The position numbers and the translations under genes were made by a program. This document shows positions 39,079-53,217 of a stretch of DNA of 64,000 nucleotides, one piece after another. The notes under the pieces are model-generated. The model made no database searches and had not been told where the DNA came from. It saw nothing but the letters and a program-made list of their open reading frames with translations. This DNA is from the human T2T-CHM13v2.0 reference genome, Homo sapiens, in the NCBI RefSeq assembly GCF_009914755.1, contig NC_060929.1; one strand, 5' to 3'. The number at the start of each line of letters is the position of its first letter. The first letter of the stretch is position 1.

Positions 39079-39673
39079 AGAAGGGAGTTATTAGGAGAAT
39101 TGGCTTATTTGATTATGGAGACTGAGAAGTTCCACTATTGGCCATCTGCATCTGCATGCTGGAGAACCAGAGAAGCTGGTAGCAGGACTTAGTCTAAGTC
39201 TGAAGGCCTTAGAACCAGAGAAGCCAATAGTGGAGCTCAGTCCAAGGTGGAAGGTGCAAGAGCCCAGGGACCACTGGTGTGAGTCTGGAGTCTAAAGGCT
39301 GGAGAACCTGGAGTTCTGACATCCAATGGCAGGAGAGGAAAAGCGGCCAGGCTCTTAGAGAGGATGAGAATTTGCCCTTTCTCTGCATTTTAATTCCATC
39401 TGGGCTCCCAGTTGATTGGATGGTGACTACCACATTTAGGGCACATCTTCTCCACTTAGTCCACTCACACACCGTCTCCTCTGGAAACACTCTCACAGAT
39501 ACACCTGGGGCAGCTCAATAATTCTAATCAATTGCTAAACCACCTGGGTTTCACTTTGAGTAGATAAAGGATGGGCCCAGTGCCTACTGAAGCCCTGAAG
39601 AATAATCAGTGTTTGACCAGCTATCTGGATATTCATTAATCTAGTCAAGTTGAACCCCAAATTAACCATCACA
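38994..39673 (-). mobile_element. MLT2B-family ERV-L solo LTR containing (CA)n
   Basis: cagggttctccaga...aattggct...gattatggag.ctgagaagt...; ends ctagtcaagttga...aaattaaccatcaca. Confidence 0.85.
39034..39076. repeat. (AC)~21 microsatellite
   Basis: Pure run inside the MLT2B LTR. Confidence 0.95.
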
Positions 39674-39744
39674 TGGGGTTAAGCACAGGAGGGTGGAAGC
39701 ACAGGAGTTTGACTTTTTTAGATGTATATAGCATATAATAAATA

Positions 39745-39824
39745 TTAAGTTCAACCTTACGAAATTGGTGATATTTGACTATGTTTTACCTATGAGAATG
39801 GCATTTTCGTATAGTTTGATCTAA
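39745..39824. mobile_element. MADE2-like MITE (Hsmar2-derived)
   Basis: 80-bp imperfect palindrome TTAAGTTCAACCTTACGAAATTG...CATTTTCGTATAGTTTGATCTAA flanked by TA on both sides. Confidence 0.75.
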
Positions 39825-41012
39825 TAGAACATGTTACATTACTGAGAATGAGTTGCTTTTAGAAGTGGAACTTGATTGAGCAATATTGAGAGGGTTTAAT
39901 CAAAAGGGCAAAGAACAAAGCCTTGGAGCAGTTGAGATAAATGGGATTGTTGCTCGGCAGAGGGTTGGCCTTTGAAGCAGGGAGAAGGAAAGGCACACAG
40001 TTTTCCAGGAAGGCAGGAGAAGATACACAGATTCAGCCATGCTGGAAGGATCACAGTGAGGCCAATACCAGCGGGTAGTGTCCTATTTGAGGCAAATAAT
40101 TATGTAATAAATTTACGGATTTAGCTGTAGATACACATTGATTGATTTTGTTCATAGGACTGAGTGGTAACTGAGCCTGTTCTACCTTGTGGTAGACTCT
40201 AAATTTGTTCTCTCAAAGGTATTTGATATGTGATTTTTTGCTTGGTTTTTCTCTTTCACTAAAAGCGGAGTAAATCAAATATCATGACCTCCTTCCCCAC
40301 TCCTGAGCGGTGCAATGCTGTGGCCTCCCTGTAGAACTGATTAGCAAATCAAAGAATAAAGTAGTTTTCTCATAAGTGATTTTCTTGCCCTACAGAAAAT
40401 TGTCTTTTTCAATGTTACTATAAGTATTCTTTGACTTCTCAGCATAATTGAAGCATTATCTATGATTTCTGTTTCTTTAATGCAGACTACAAGTGCATCC
40501 TTTTAAGGTCATTCCACTCTTCTCTGTCACATGTACAGAATTTGCTTATGAGGGTGTTCATTTCAAGAATTTCACCTGTTTGGAGGGAGACTTTATTCCA
40601 CCGCATAATATAATTTTAAAAATGATGTTCTTTAGACCATTGTGTGCATATATCCCTAGGCCATAATTTTCTCCATGTACTTAATTCAGTACAGAATTCC
40701 AGGTACTGATCATTAATGATATCTTTAAAGCTAAATGAGATTGAAAGTCATCTTTAATGGCTGTAGGATCCTTTTTTCATGAACTAACTCCTCTAGCTAA
40801 TGTTTATTTTGAATAATACTCTTATCCATGGATTATGGGACCAAAGCCATAATAAAAATATTCCCAGGAAGGGTTGTCTTCTTATTCAGTGTGTACTTGT
40901 TGAGCTATAGGCAGTTTTGCTGTGTATATGGCTCTAAAATGATCTTTTCCTCAAAGTACAGAAAGATCTGGAGAAATGTGGGCACTCATGTATTAAGTTT
41001 GTAGTATTATAA

Positions 41013-41656
<644 letters not shown>

Positions 41657-42876
41657 AAAATGTGGTATCTTTAAAAGCTCTGTGGTGATGGCATTTTAGA
41701 TTAAGGTAATGTTTTATTTTATGAAGATGTGTAGCTGTACTGCTGGCGAGATGAATCAACATGTTCTAATACTGCTTGTAATAAGAGTAACTTGATTTAC
41801 CATTACCTGCTGTGGTAAATTTGTATCTTCAGTATTGGAATTATTCAACAGAATCTATCAGAAGGGATTTCAAAAGCTGCAGTCTGTGGTGTTGTGATAA
41901 GTGAAGAAAAGCATTTCCCCTATTTCAGACAGCCTTTGATAGCATATGTATTTAGGAAAATATATACAGATTCATCAACTGTGTACCTGACTCAAATATT
42001 TTTAGCTTCTTTGGGTTGAACTTTGGGTTATGCCAAGGGATCCCCTTTCGTCTTTTCATGGAGAATCACTTGTAACCAATGTTGATGTGCACTTACAAAG
42101 AAGGGTGTAAAGGTTTATAGGACGATACTACTCGACAGCTCTGAGGATCTGGAATCTACATGGTTCAACTAGCTTCTCTATTTGAGCCCTGAACTAGTGT
42201 TGCACTCATCTCCCATTTCCTTTGCTTTGCCATTTCCAGTTGTAAAGTGATGTGTGCTCCCTCTCTTGCCTTTCACTGGTGCAGTGGGGCTTGTCTTTCA
42301 GGATGGGACCTGTGCTAAAACTTTTTCTTGTCTCTGTGTATGCTGATAAACAGGCTTTAGAGTTCTATCTTGTGGTGACTTATCACCCCACCCCATCTTA
42401 GAGATGACAATTGCCTTTAAAGGACTATAGTTTTAATGTGTAGAGGGCTCTTTCTGTTATGTGCTTCTAAGTAGAGAGGCCTGTGAGAGCATCTTTCAGG
42501 TCTGAGAAGGTACATGGCTGTCTTGTGCTCCTTTCTTCTCTAACATCAGGCTGTAGATATTCACCCCTAGTGTTGTATTGCCCCCAACCACTGCCACCCC
42601 CAGTGATTTGCTGCTAATTTTGGCTACTTTTTTTTTTTTTTTAATTCCAAAATCTGTTGCAGTCTCTTCGGACTTCTGCCAATTCTGGCATAGTTTGCTC
42701 AAATGATTGGCCTTTTCTTGGTAGATCTCAGTCTCTTAACTTCTCCCTTTCCCCTTGTTGAACTGACCAATAACCTGTGAGTATAAACCTTATATCTTGT
42801 GTGTTATATGGTCTTTCATATTTTTTCCTAAAGCATATCATGTCATACATACTATTTTTAAACTGCCTTTTCACCA

Positions 42877-42927
42877 CTTCTGAAAATACCTTTCCTTACT
42901 TTATCTTCTGAAAATACCTTTCCTTAC
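42877..42927. repeat. Perfect 23-bp direct repeat, period 28
   Basis: CTTCTGAAAATACCTTTCCTTAC at 42877-42899 and 42905-42927. Confidence 0.9.
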
Positions 42928-44051
42928 ATTTCTATTTTAAAACAATTTATATTTCTAAATTTTCAGTGGCTGACATCCCTTCCATGATAATGAATCTATC
43001 GTTTGACCAGTCCCCTACTTTTGGGCGTTTGGATATTTTCTATCCTTTTCTCTTTTCTCTTCTTCCTTCTTTCCTTTCTGCTTTCCTGTTATTTCCTGGT
43101 AATGAGTATCCAGAGTTGTTTGTTCACCATGCATGTAGTTTTTTAAAACCTTAATGTGGGTTTTTTGAGGCTTTTGCTAGTTATAACATCACCTTGTGTG
43201 TTCAAAGACAGGGGCCCGTATCTTATGCATGTCTTCCTAGCATACATGCCTGACACAGTGGCCATTCACTAAAGAATTATTGTTGAGTTTCAGAAATATG
43301 AGGGCCATTTGACAAATAAATGAGTACCTTCTATGTACTTGGAACCCAGGATATAGGGGTGAACAAGGTAAAGATTGTCCCTGCTCTCATAAGGTGAGGT
43401 ATTATTTTGTATAACGAGGTTTATGTTACAGAGATGGCAACCCTCTTAATGTGAGGATCAATGAAAAAAATTTAAGACACACAGTATAGCAAAAGCAGAC
43501 TGAATGACTTCGGGTATGGTTACTTGGGAGATGTTCATGCTTATGGCTGAATTGACTAATTGATTTTTCCATAGATGATATTTCTTATTTAGGATTATCC
43601 ACTAGTGTTAAGGGATTGAGATGGAATGATCTTTTTCAAGTTCATACTTTTTTGACCCTTGTGAGTAACTCCAGTCAATTATACTTAAATTAAAAATTTC
43701 ATACCTGAATATAATATGCTGTTGTACAGTGATTCCAGGGACCCAAAGATATTTTAGGACTGAGTTTGGGGGGAACAGAAATATTTCCCAAAATATTTTT
43801 GGTCTTTCTGTTGCACGTCTTAAAATATGATTAAGCAAAGATTGCAGCCGCGGAGAAGATTTTCTGCTGTAAATTGGTGTTTCAACCCTGCCAGCTGTTC
43901 ATGCTTTCTGCGATCCCACTTATAAAAGTGGAAAGTGAAGGGTGAGTGGCTGCCCTCGTAGGCAACCACATAATTTAAAAAAAAAAATGTGTATGCCTCA
44001 GCAGATCTATATTAGTATTTCATATAGCTGCCTTTTTCTTTTTTATTGTAG

Positions 44052-44306
44052 GGCCAGCTCTCAATGTTGCAAGAAAAAATAGACCATTTGGAGCGTTTGC
44101 TAGCTGAGAATAATGAGATCATCTCAAATATTAGAGACTCAGTCATCAATTTGAGTGAGTCTGTGGAGGATGGTCCGAAAAGTTCACAAAGCAATTTCAG
44201 CCAAGGTGCTGGCTCACATCTTCTGCCCTCACAATTATCCCTCTCAGTTGACACTGCAGACTGTCTGTTTGCTTCACAAAGTGGAAGTCACAATTCAGAT
44301 GTGCAG
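44052..44306 (+). CDS. MAN2A1: MAN2A1 coding exon 2 (aa 46-130): luminal stem
   Basis: Acceptor ctttttctttttattgtag|GGC and donor CAG|gtaatg; 255 nt, phase 0-0. Reads GQLSMLQEKIDHLERLLAENNEII...HNSDVQ, with a heptad-like stretch and sequons N78 (NLS) and N93 (NFS). Confidence 0.97.
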
Positions 44307-44765
44307 GTAATGTATACATTCGTTAATAATCACTGGCCTTTTTTTTTTTTTGTTCTTTTTAAGATTTGACCTGATGTCTGTTCTGACTTGGTAAGTTGCT
44401 TAAACTCTTTGGATTCTAGTTTCTCTTTTTGTAAAGTATTTTGATTAGTCACATGAACATTAATGTTCTGTTTAGTGATAAAATTCCATAATTCTATTTC
44501 TCTCAGTTTATCTTACTATTTTATACTTACGTGAATACAGTCTTTTTGTATGCTTTTCAGGTCTTATTTTCTGTAATAGTTGAAAACCTTTAAAGGTTTA
44601 AATTTTGCCAGAGATTTTTTTTTACCTTCCTTTGGAGAATACAAGAAAATCCATGTTCTTATTATATATCAGTTGTACATTATAGATTTTGTACAAAGTA
44701 AGGTTAGACTTTTTTTTTTTTTTTCTTAATATCCTTTTGCAAGAGGGAAGGGAAATATTCTAGAG

Positions 44766-45041
44766 CTGTACTTTCCAGTATGGAAGCCCCTGTCTGCGTG
44801 TGGCTACTGAGCACTTGAAATGTGACTAATGTGGCTTGAGATGTGCTGTAAGTGTAATGTACACACACAGTGTTTCAAACTTAGTGTGCAAGATATCTTA
44901 ATTCATTTATATATTGATTATGAGTTAAGATAATATTTTGGATATACTGGATTAATGAAATTTTAAAATTAATTTCAACTGCTTTGTTTTACTAGAAAAT
45001 TAAAAATTTGGTTTGTATTATATTTCTCTTGGACAGCGCTA
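44766..45041 (-). mobile_element. MER33 hAT MITE
   Basis: gtggctactgagcacttgaaatgtg...gagatgtgctgtaagtgtaa...tattatatttct.ttggacagcgct. Confidence 0.8.
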
Positions 45042-46653
45042 TTATAGAGGGCAATGGAGTCGAAAACCAGCATTGGAAAGGACTTCTGCCTTTCTTAAAC
45101 TCAGAGTGTTTCACTCACATTGGCTCTGCAAATTAGGGCAAGGCTGTGTTTAACCTTGTGCCTTAGACCAGAAACTGGATTTTGGGGGAAGGATCCTAAG
45201 GGGTAAATATTTTAAAGTTGGACAAAATTATTTGGCTTCTGGCCTCGTTTTCGAATATGTACTTTGCACTAACTGCTGAGGGCAGAGAACATGATATGAT
45301 CTTGAGGTCGTGGCTCACAGGCCAAGCTGGAAGCTGGGGACAGTGGAGCTGGCCAGGTCTTGCACCTGCAACCTCATCAGCTAGAGTGTAGCCAGATTCT
45401 GATAGGATCAGAATCCTGTGCTTACAGGGATAGCTGTTTCTGTGAGGTTTGGCTTTATTTAGTTTTTTGTTGAGTACTTCTTGAGTACCTAGCCTTGTTG
45501 TCATCCATGATAAGGGAACAGCAAAAAAAAAAAAAAAAAAATTATTTTTGTTGTGTGGTCTAAATCTGGGCTGGACAGAAAGGAGTTGCAGAGCAACCAT
45601 GGAAGTCAGGCAGAGCAAGTCAGGAGGGTACTGGGAGAGCTGCAGGACTGAAGGAAGAAACAGACACTGCTAACACATCCTCCTGCCCAGCTTGTTTCCA
45701 AAGATTTGTCAGCTTATCCTTGAGAAGATTTTATTTTATTTATTAAACTCATATATTCCATAGGGAGATAAATATTATTGGCTTAAAATACTTTGTATTG
45801 ACTTTCATATAATTTGTTTGGCCTTTAAATTTTTTTTATAACTTATATTTGGATGTGATTTTTGCAGTCTAGTTTTAACATAATTTAAATTTTACAAAAG
45901 GTTGTTTGGTTGTGTTGTCACATTTAATATTATAGAGACTATGAAGAACAAAAGTAAAGTTTTAGTTTTTTTCCCACCGTTTTTTCCTTTGCATCCCAAC
46001 ATTATTAGCCAGAAGGAATGCTGCATTGAAAAGCTAGAAAACAATAGGATACATAAAAGCTAAATCTCAATTTTAAAATTTTTCTCAATTTTTAGATGAT
46101 TATGCCTGGTTGACCCTGTTGTAGTTTTACTTCTAGGATAAGATAGGTAGATATAACATATGCTACATGGAAGAATAGCTATAGATAGATATATTTTTGT
46201 TCAGGCATAGATTTTTAATATACATGAGATTTACTATAAAATAAAGATAGCGCAAAGTAAAATATCATTTTCAGAACTGTTTTTGAAAATGCTGAAATAT
46301 CTGGTCATAATCAAATTTCATCAGAAATTTTTTTCATGGTTCTTTTTCTATAAATTTCTATTAAATTGTTTTGGAAGTAAAGTAGGAGAAGAAGGAATAG
46401 AATGAACTTTTTTTTTTATTAGAAGCGGATGGGAGGGATTATTTGTCAGGGTAGTTTTGTAGCACAAATAGCATTTCAAGCCTTTGAATGGTGATGGAAT
46501 ATTTTCTACTCTAAACTCCTCAATGTCTACAGAAATAGTTTTATTTTATAAAATACATATGCAGAGTATAGCAGTGAATAATTTTGAGCAAATATTTACC
46601 AACATTAAATTAATAATTGTTAAACTTTAATTTTTTTTCTTTTACATTTTTAG

Positions 46654-46798
46654 ATGTTGGATGTTTACAGTCTAATTTCTTTTGACAATCCAGATGGTGG
46701 AGTTTGGAAGCAAGGATTTGACATTACTTATGAATCTAATGAATGGGACACTGAACCCCTTCAAGTCTTTGTGGTGCCTCATTCCCATAACGACCCAG
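46654..46798 (+). CDS. MAN2A1: MAN2A1 coding exon 3 (aa 131-179): start of GH38 catalytic domain with Zn-binding HSHND motif
   Basis: Acceptor ttttacatttttag|ATG and donor CAG|gtaaaa; 145 nt. Reads [21 protein letters not shown]...[12 protein letters not shown], the GH38 signature (His175, Asp177). Confidence 0.97.
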
Positions 46799-49700
46799 GT
46801 AAAATTTGCACTTCAAAAAGACAGGAGGTTATTAAGTTTCTTTAGGCCTAGAGTCTTTTAATGAGAATCTGGTAGAGGCCACTTCTCAAATTTTTGAGAC
46901 ATTATTCTCTGACTTTTAACATTAATATATTCCTTTTATGTGTCATTATGTTTTAGTGTTCTCATTTTATCAGTTTATGTGCCATTCAAGGATAGTATCT
47001 GTGCAGTATGAAATGGTAATAAACAAAAAAGAAGGGCTTGCCTTTGGGGACAAAACAGTATATAGTTTTAAGAGACTGCTTGTTCATTTTAGTAACTTTT
47101 TAAAAAATATTGCATAGGAAAATTATTTCATGTCTATGAGGTCTACTTTTAGAAAAGGCAGAATACTCATGGGAAAGTTTGAATCTTTAAAATAAAGAAG
47201 CAGTATTAAATGCTTTAAGAACCTTGGTGTTGATTGGTTTCAGGCACATACGAATGTGAGTCTCAGCTCTCTGTATTTATCAGTGTTAGATGACTTTAGG
47301 CAAGTTACTTAATCCCTCTGAGACCAAGTTTTTTCCCTGGTAGAATGAGGATAGTAGTATCTGTTTCAATAGGGTGCAAAGTGAAAGAATCATGTATGGC
47401 ACAACAGTAGCTGCTATCATTATTGTTACTGCATATGATGGCGTTTATTTATTGGGACCACAGATTCCTCCCTTCCCCCACCCCTGACCCCGCCCTGCCA
47501 AGATGAGGGGAAGTTGTTTCAATTATAATGGGACATAGGATTTGATATACATATTTGTTGGTTTGAGTACCCAGTCACAGATAATTTAGTTGCAGCATTT
47601 TTTTTTTTGTGGGGATTGGAGAGGGGGGTGTATTTCCAAAGACTTATTTTGAAGGAGTGTGTTACTTTTCTTAATATCTCGATTTCATGATTACTGTCAG
47701 AAGCACTGGTAACCTAATAATTTGAAGGTTTTTTTCTTTGCTTCCAGCATTCATTTATCTTCTACTTACATTTTTTCCCCATTAGTTTATTGGCAGATAT
47801 TCCTATTTTTCTATTTTGAAGACAACAAAATATGTTACTTTAGGTCTGGACACATGATTTAGTGAAGCATTTTTTTTGTGCGTGTGTGCTGCTTTTGGAT
47901 GTGAGAGGTAGTCTGCAAGCTTGGATATTGAAATGCTTGGATTTCTAGACTACAGTGCAATATTTAGTGTGCACTGACATGTAAAATATATGAAATCAAT
48001 ATTCTGGAAATTTGTGATGAGCAGTTATTACACCTCACCTTCTGACTTGATTTCCCTATCTTTGATCTTAATGTCTTTATCTTTTCCTACATATACCTGT
48101 TAGTGTTATGTTTTCCTCATATATATTTTAGATTGTCTTTCTCCTTAATCTTAGCCTGTACCTTTTACATCAAAACTCAGGGAAGGCTGGGCATCATGGA
48201 AGGACTTCAGGGATTTGGAGCTAGGCAGAATGAGGCAGGTATCTTGGCTCTGCGGTGTATTGCCTGTGTGTCCTTGGGCACATTGATTTGTGCATCTGTA
48301 AAATGGAGATCATACAGGTGGAGTAACATCTTAAGCCAGGGTTAGTTATAAAGTAATTATAAAAGGTGATGAAAATTACATGTAATCCAAATTTCTTTGC
48401 TATTTATTCACTTGAGTGCAGATTAGTTAGTATATTTGCATTTAGGGGATGCATATGAAAAACACGTATCTTTGATTACTAGACTCACACTCAGTGAGGT
48501 GAGGTGCTCCCACTTAATGTAGGATCTAGATGGCTTATGGCACTGCAGATTTTTTTTCTCTATAAATCTCATAATCACTTGACTATTCAATTATTGAGTG
48601 AAATGGTGGCAGAGCCACTTGTAATATCTAAGTTGTTCTCCCTTCTCTTTCTGCCAATCATGTTTAGTTTAATTCTTGTTACTTAATTGGGAGAGTGATG
48701 TGATTCCATAGTGTAATCTTCCTTGTAGGCTTATAAATATACTTCAAAGTGTGTCTTGTGAGTCTTCCTCATATGAAGCCCACTTCTTCCCTTTTCTTGA
48801 TTTTTTAAAAGACCTTTATTCTTTTCCTTTTTCTGCAACTTTTAATTCTCACCAATCTCATTTCTTGTTATTCCATACATGGGCACTTAACTGTAATAAT
48901 AAAATCCATGGTTTACTGGGCAGAATGCCAAATGTTTTACAAACATTTAGTGCATACGCATGAAGGTTAGTGCCATGATTCACGATGAAGGTGTTACCAG
49001 GTTACATAGCTAACAAGGGGCACCAGAATACTTTCCTGACAATTTACCTGGATCTCCCACTAAAGTAAATTCTAGCGGCAAAGAACATATGCCTCCTATT
49101 AAACACACTCTCCTCATGGCCTAGCTGAACACTTGGCATATAGAATAATTGCCAAATAAATAAGACCTCTTTGACCTTTCTCAAAGCCCCTCCACCACAT
49201 ACTCATACTGCACACACACGCCTCCACGCTTGCAGGTCTTCGCAGATGTAAACATTTACAGCACTTTTACTTGGTCTCCTCACTAGAATGTTAGCTCATT
49301 AAGGGCTGGAACTTTGTTTTATTCACTGCTGTGTTGGGAATGCCTAGAATCATAACTGGCACATGGTACTGAGTCATTAGAGTTTGGTTAAATAAGTTAA
49401 TGAGCTAATGAATCTGACTCTTCAAACTAGGATGAAACATTTGACTTATTCTTTGGCGTAGGCTTTTCTTTTAAGTTCCCTCCTTCCTGATGGCTACTTA
49501 TTTCTATTCTTTTGTAATTTTATGTACTAAAAACAGGCAATAATAAGCTCTTTGAGGGCAGGGATTGCCCTCGATTTTTAGATTTTTTGTTTGTTTGTTT
49601 GCATTACTATTCCTGCTTAGTTAGTAGGTCATCTTCTGAGTAGACATCCCTAGTAAGTATTCCTGACTATAATCTCTTTTGGTATCCTAGTAACTATAGC

Positions 49701-51083
49701 TGAATCTTTTTGTCTTAGTAAAAGATGTTAATGACCCTGACTCTCAAACCCTTCTCCACTTGGAAAAAATAATTGTCAGAAACAAACATTTTAAAACTAC
49801 AGTGATTTTTGCTGTCAAGCAAAATGCTAGAGAGAAGAATCCACTGACTTAATAATTTTCACTATTCCTTAACTTAACAAAAGTAAAATATTGACAAATA
49901 AATTATTCTGTGAAAAACTGAATTATTCACATCATGAAAAGCCATTCTTTTTTAATAGAGGAAAAAGAGAAAAGTGTGTTCACATACACTGCAAGTCAAA
50001 ATGTGACACTATAATGGGAAATCTTTGTATAATACTCCTAAATGAATGTGCAATTAGGCAGTGTTCTTTCTAAATGAGATTTATAGAGATTTGTTTGCAT
50101 TTTCTGCAGCAACAATTTAAAACAAGCTTTAGCATAGTAGTTTGTTTCATCGGTGGATTTTCGTCTATTGGGAATAGAAATATTTGAAATAGATTTTTAA
50201 AAATTTTCTATATTTAGTTCCCCAACTTTGTGAATTTATGTTGCTGTGTTTTTCTATATATAGATATTTTTCTTTTTGGACTGAGTTGGTAATATCTCTC
50301 AAGAAAAGGTAAATTTCAAAATATGTTTGTATTTTAATAAAATTCCAAATTATGTTACAGTCTGAAAAGATCTAACAATTGTCATAAAATATTTAAGTGT
50401 TTTACATGAGTAAAAACTGAATTGGAAAAGAATTGTGAAGTAAATGCTGATAACTTTGTACTGTTATGCTTTTGAAAGTTTTGAATCATAGACCATGAAA
50501 TTAAATGTTAGTTGATTGATACATGTTCATGTTGTATTTAATAAGCTGATTAAAACACAATTACAGCACCTCTGTATCTATAATCTTAATTCTTTGCTTC
50601 CCACTAGTTAAACTGCTGAAATATTTGGTTAATTTTACTTCAAAGAAGTCACAGTGTGTGGAGAGAAGATAAGGTATACTAAATGAAAGATTGGACAGCA
50701 TATTGTTAGTTAAGCAATTTGTGAAATGAACATTAGAAAATAATCCCCCTTGTGGTATGACTCTAAAATAGTAGGAAGACCTAGGCCCAAGAGTTACACT
50801 GGAAAATAATTTTCTTTTGTACATTTGCAATTCTTTTGTAGAACTTTTTATTGACTCAGAGGGTGATTAGGACTTTTTGCTTTTTTGTGTGTGTAAAATT
50901 AAGAAACAGATGTTTGCATTTAGTATTATGATAATTATGTATCCTCTAAAAAAGTTTGTAAAAAAAGAATAAAAACATGAGGAAATCAGTGTAATATTTC
51001 CAAATATTTCTATTCAAATATTTTCAAGTATAGTTAGAATTTGAAAATAGTTCTGGTCAGTCATAGTTGGCTAATATCTCTAT

Positions 51084-51299
51084 TAGGGGTGTCCAATCTT
51101 TTGGCTTCCCTGGGCCACATTGGAAGAAAAATTGTCTTGGGCCACACATAAAATACACTAACAATAGGTGATGAGCTAAAAAATAAAATCGCAAAAAAAT
51201 TTCAAAATATTTTGAGAAAGTTTAGAAATTCATGTTGAGATGCATTCAAAGCCGTCCTGGGCCACATGCAGCCCGTGGGCTGCAGGTTGGACAAACTTG
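51084..51299 (+). mobile_element. MER30 hAT MITE
   Basis: aggggtgtccaatcttttggcttccctgggccacattggaaga...ggttggacaaacttg. Confidence 0.9.
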
Positions 51300-51866
51300 A
51301 TGAGAGGTGGTGGAGACTTAGAAGTCTGGTTGCTAAAGGAACTTTACTGATCAGAATGAGATGGTCATCGGAAGGAGAAGTTGTACGTGAACACTGTTTG
51401 GAGAGTACTTTATTTGGTTTAGCTACTGCAGGATAAAGTGGATTGTTTGATTTTGGCTGCCATGATGGGAAATTTTAGTTTCTGGAGCTAAAATCGTATG
51501 CGGAACAACTGAGTTCTGGCATTTATTGCCTGTACGGCATCAGGGGAGTTGCAGGTCTTTGTTATTTTTTACTTTGTGTGATTTTTTAACCCTGAAAAGT
51601 GGTAAATGAAGCCACATTTAACAGGTGAGTGCAGCGAGGCTAAGTTAGGGTAATTTGTTCAAAGTCAGTTAATTTAATTATAAATTCTCAGAGGTTGGTG
51701 AATTGAAGCTCAGGATTGCCTGATTGTAAAATCTGTGTTTTTTCCATTTACCTCTTTTTATTGCCTCTTAAGATACTTTATTTAGTTCAAATTATTCTAT
51801 TTCTTTTCTTCTTGTGTTGTAGGCATTAGCTAATTTAACACATTTATCTGGACTTTGGGTTATTAA

Positions 51867-52081
51867 TAGGGTTGTCAGATTTAGCAAACAAAAATATAGA
51901 ATGCTCAGTTAAACTTGAATTTTCAATAACAATGAATAGTTTGTGTGTGTGTGTTTGTAGTTTGTGTGTGTGTGTTTGTGTGTCCCAAATATCACATGCA
52001 GCATGCTTATACTAAACATTTATTTGTTGTTTATCTGAAATTCAGATTCAACTTGGCTGTGCATTTTATCTGACAACCTTA
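51867..52081. mobile_element. MER53 MITE with internal (TG)n
   Basis: Terminal inverted repeats agggttgtcagat / atctgacaacctt; cagttaaacttgaatttt and tctgaaattcagattcaact. Confidence 0.8.
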
Positions 52082-52858
52082 ATTGTTAAGAAAATTGTAG
52101 CACTTGAGTTAAATGGCGCTGTATGGCTATTTAGAATTCTGTTTTTAGAGATCTCTAAAATATGTGTATTGAGATTCTGTTTTAGAGGAAGAATAGATGG
52201 TTTGGTCTCTCATTGGACTTTATTCTTTGAGGAGCACATATGTTAAGCAGCTGCTGAGAAATTTAGATGATCATTAAATAGCTCTTCTTTCTCCTCAGTT
52301 TCAGTTACCTTTGTCTGTCTTTCAAGCCTGGGTGCTTCAAAACTCTCCAGTGCCCTGGTAATACAAATAATTACTAACACTTAGGGAATTATTATGTTCT
52401 GTGCACTATTCTAGGCATTTTACATATATCACATCCATTACTCCTTTCAGCAACTTCATGACAGAGTCTGTAATTACCCTCCCTTCATAGATGTGGGAGA
52501 AGTGGCAGGAGAGAGCATAAGTGATCTGTTCATGGCAGGGCTAGGTTTGAAATCAAGTGATCTTTTTCCAGAACCAGTACTTGTAACAGTTTTTAACATA
52601 TTGCGTTTTTTGGATAATTCTTCTGAAACCACAGGCTGAGCATATAGGAGGGAAGTCTTTTAAGTATTTCCAAGCCAAATGTCAACTACTTTAGTATTAT
52701 TAACCATAAAAAAGATTTTTTTCAGCTATCTTGCAAAAGTGGACATCTCACTGCACTATCTCCTATCCTTCTTTTCCTTCTGATTTATCTTAATTGAAAT
52801 GAATGTCTCTGTCCCTAAATACTATATTAGTACATGAGATAGTGAGTGATTTTCCTGA

Positions 52859-53217
<359 letters not shown>

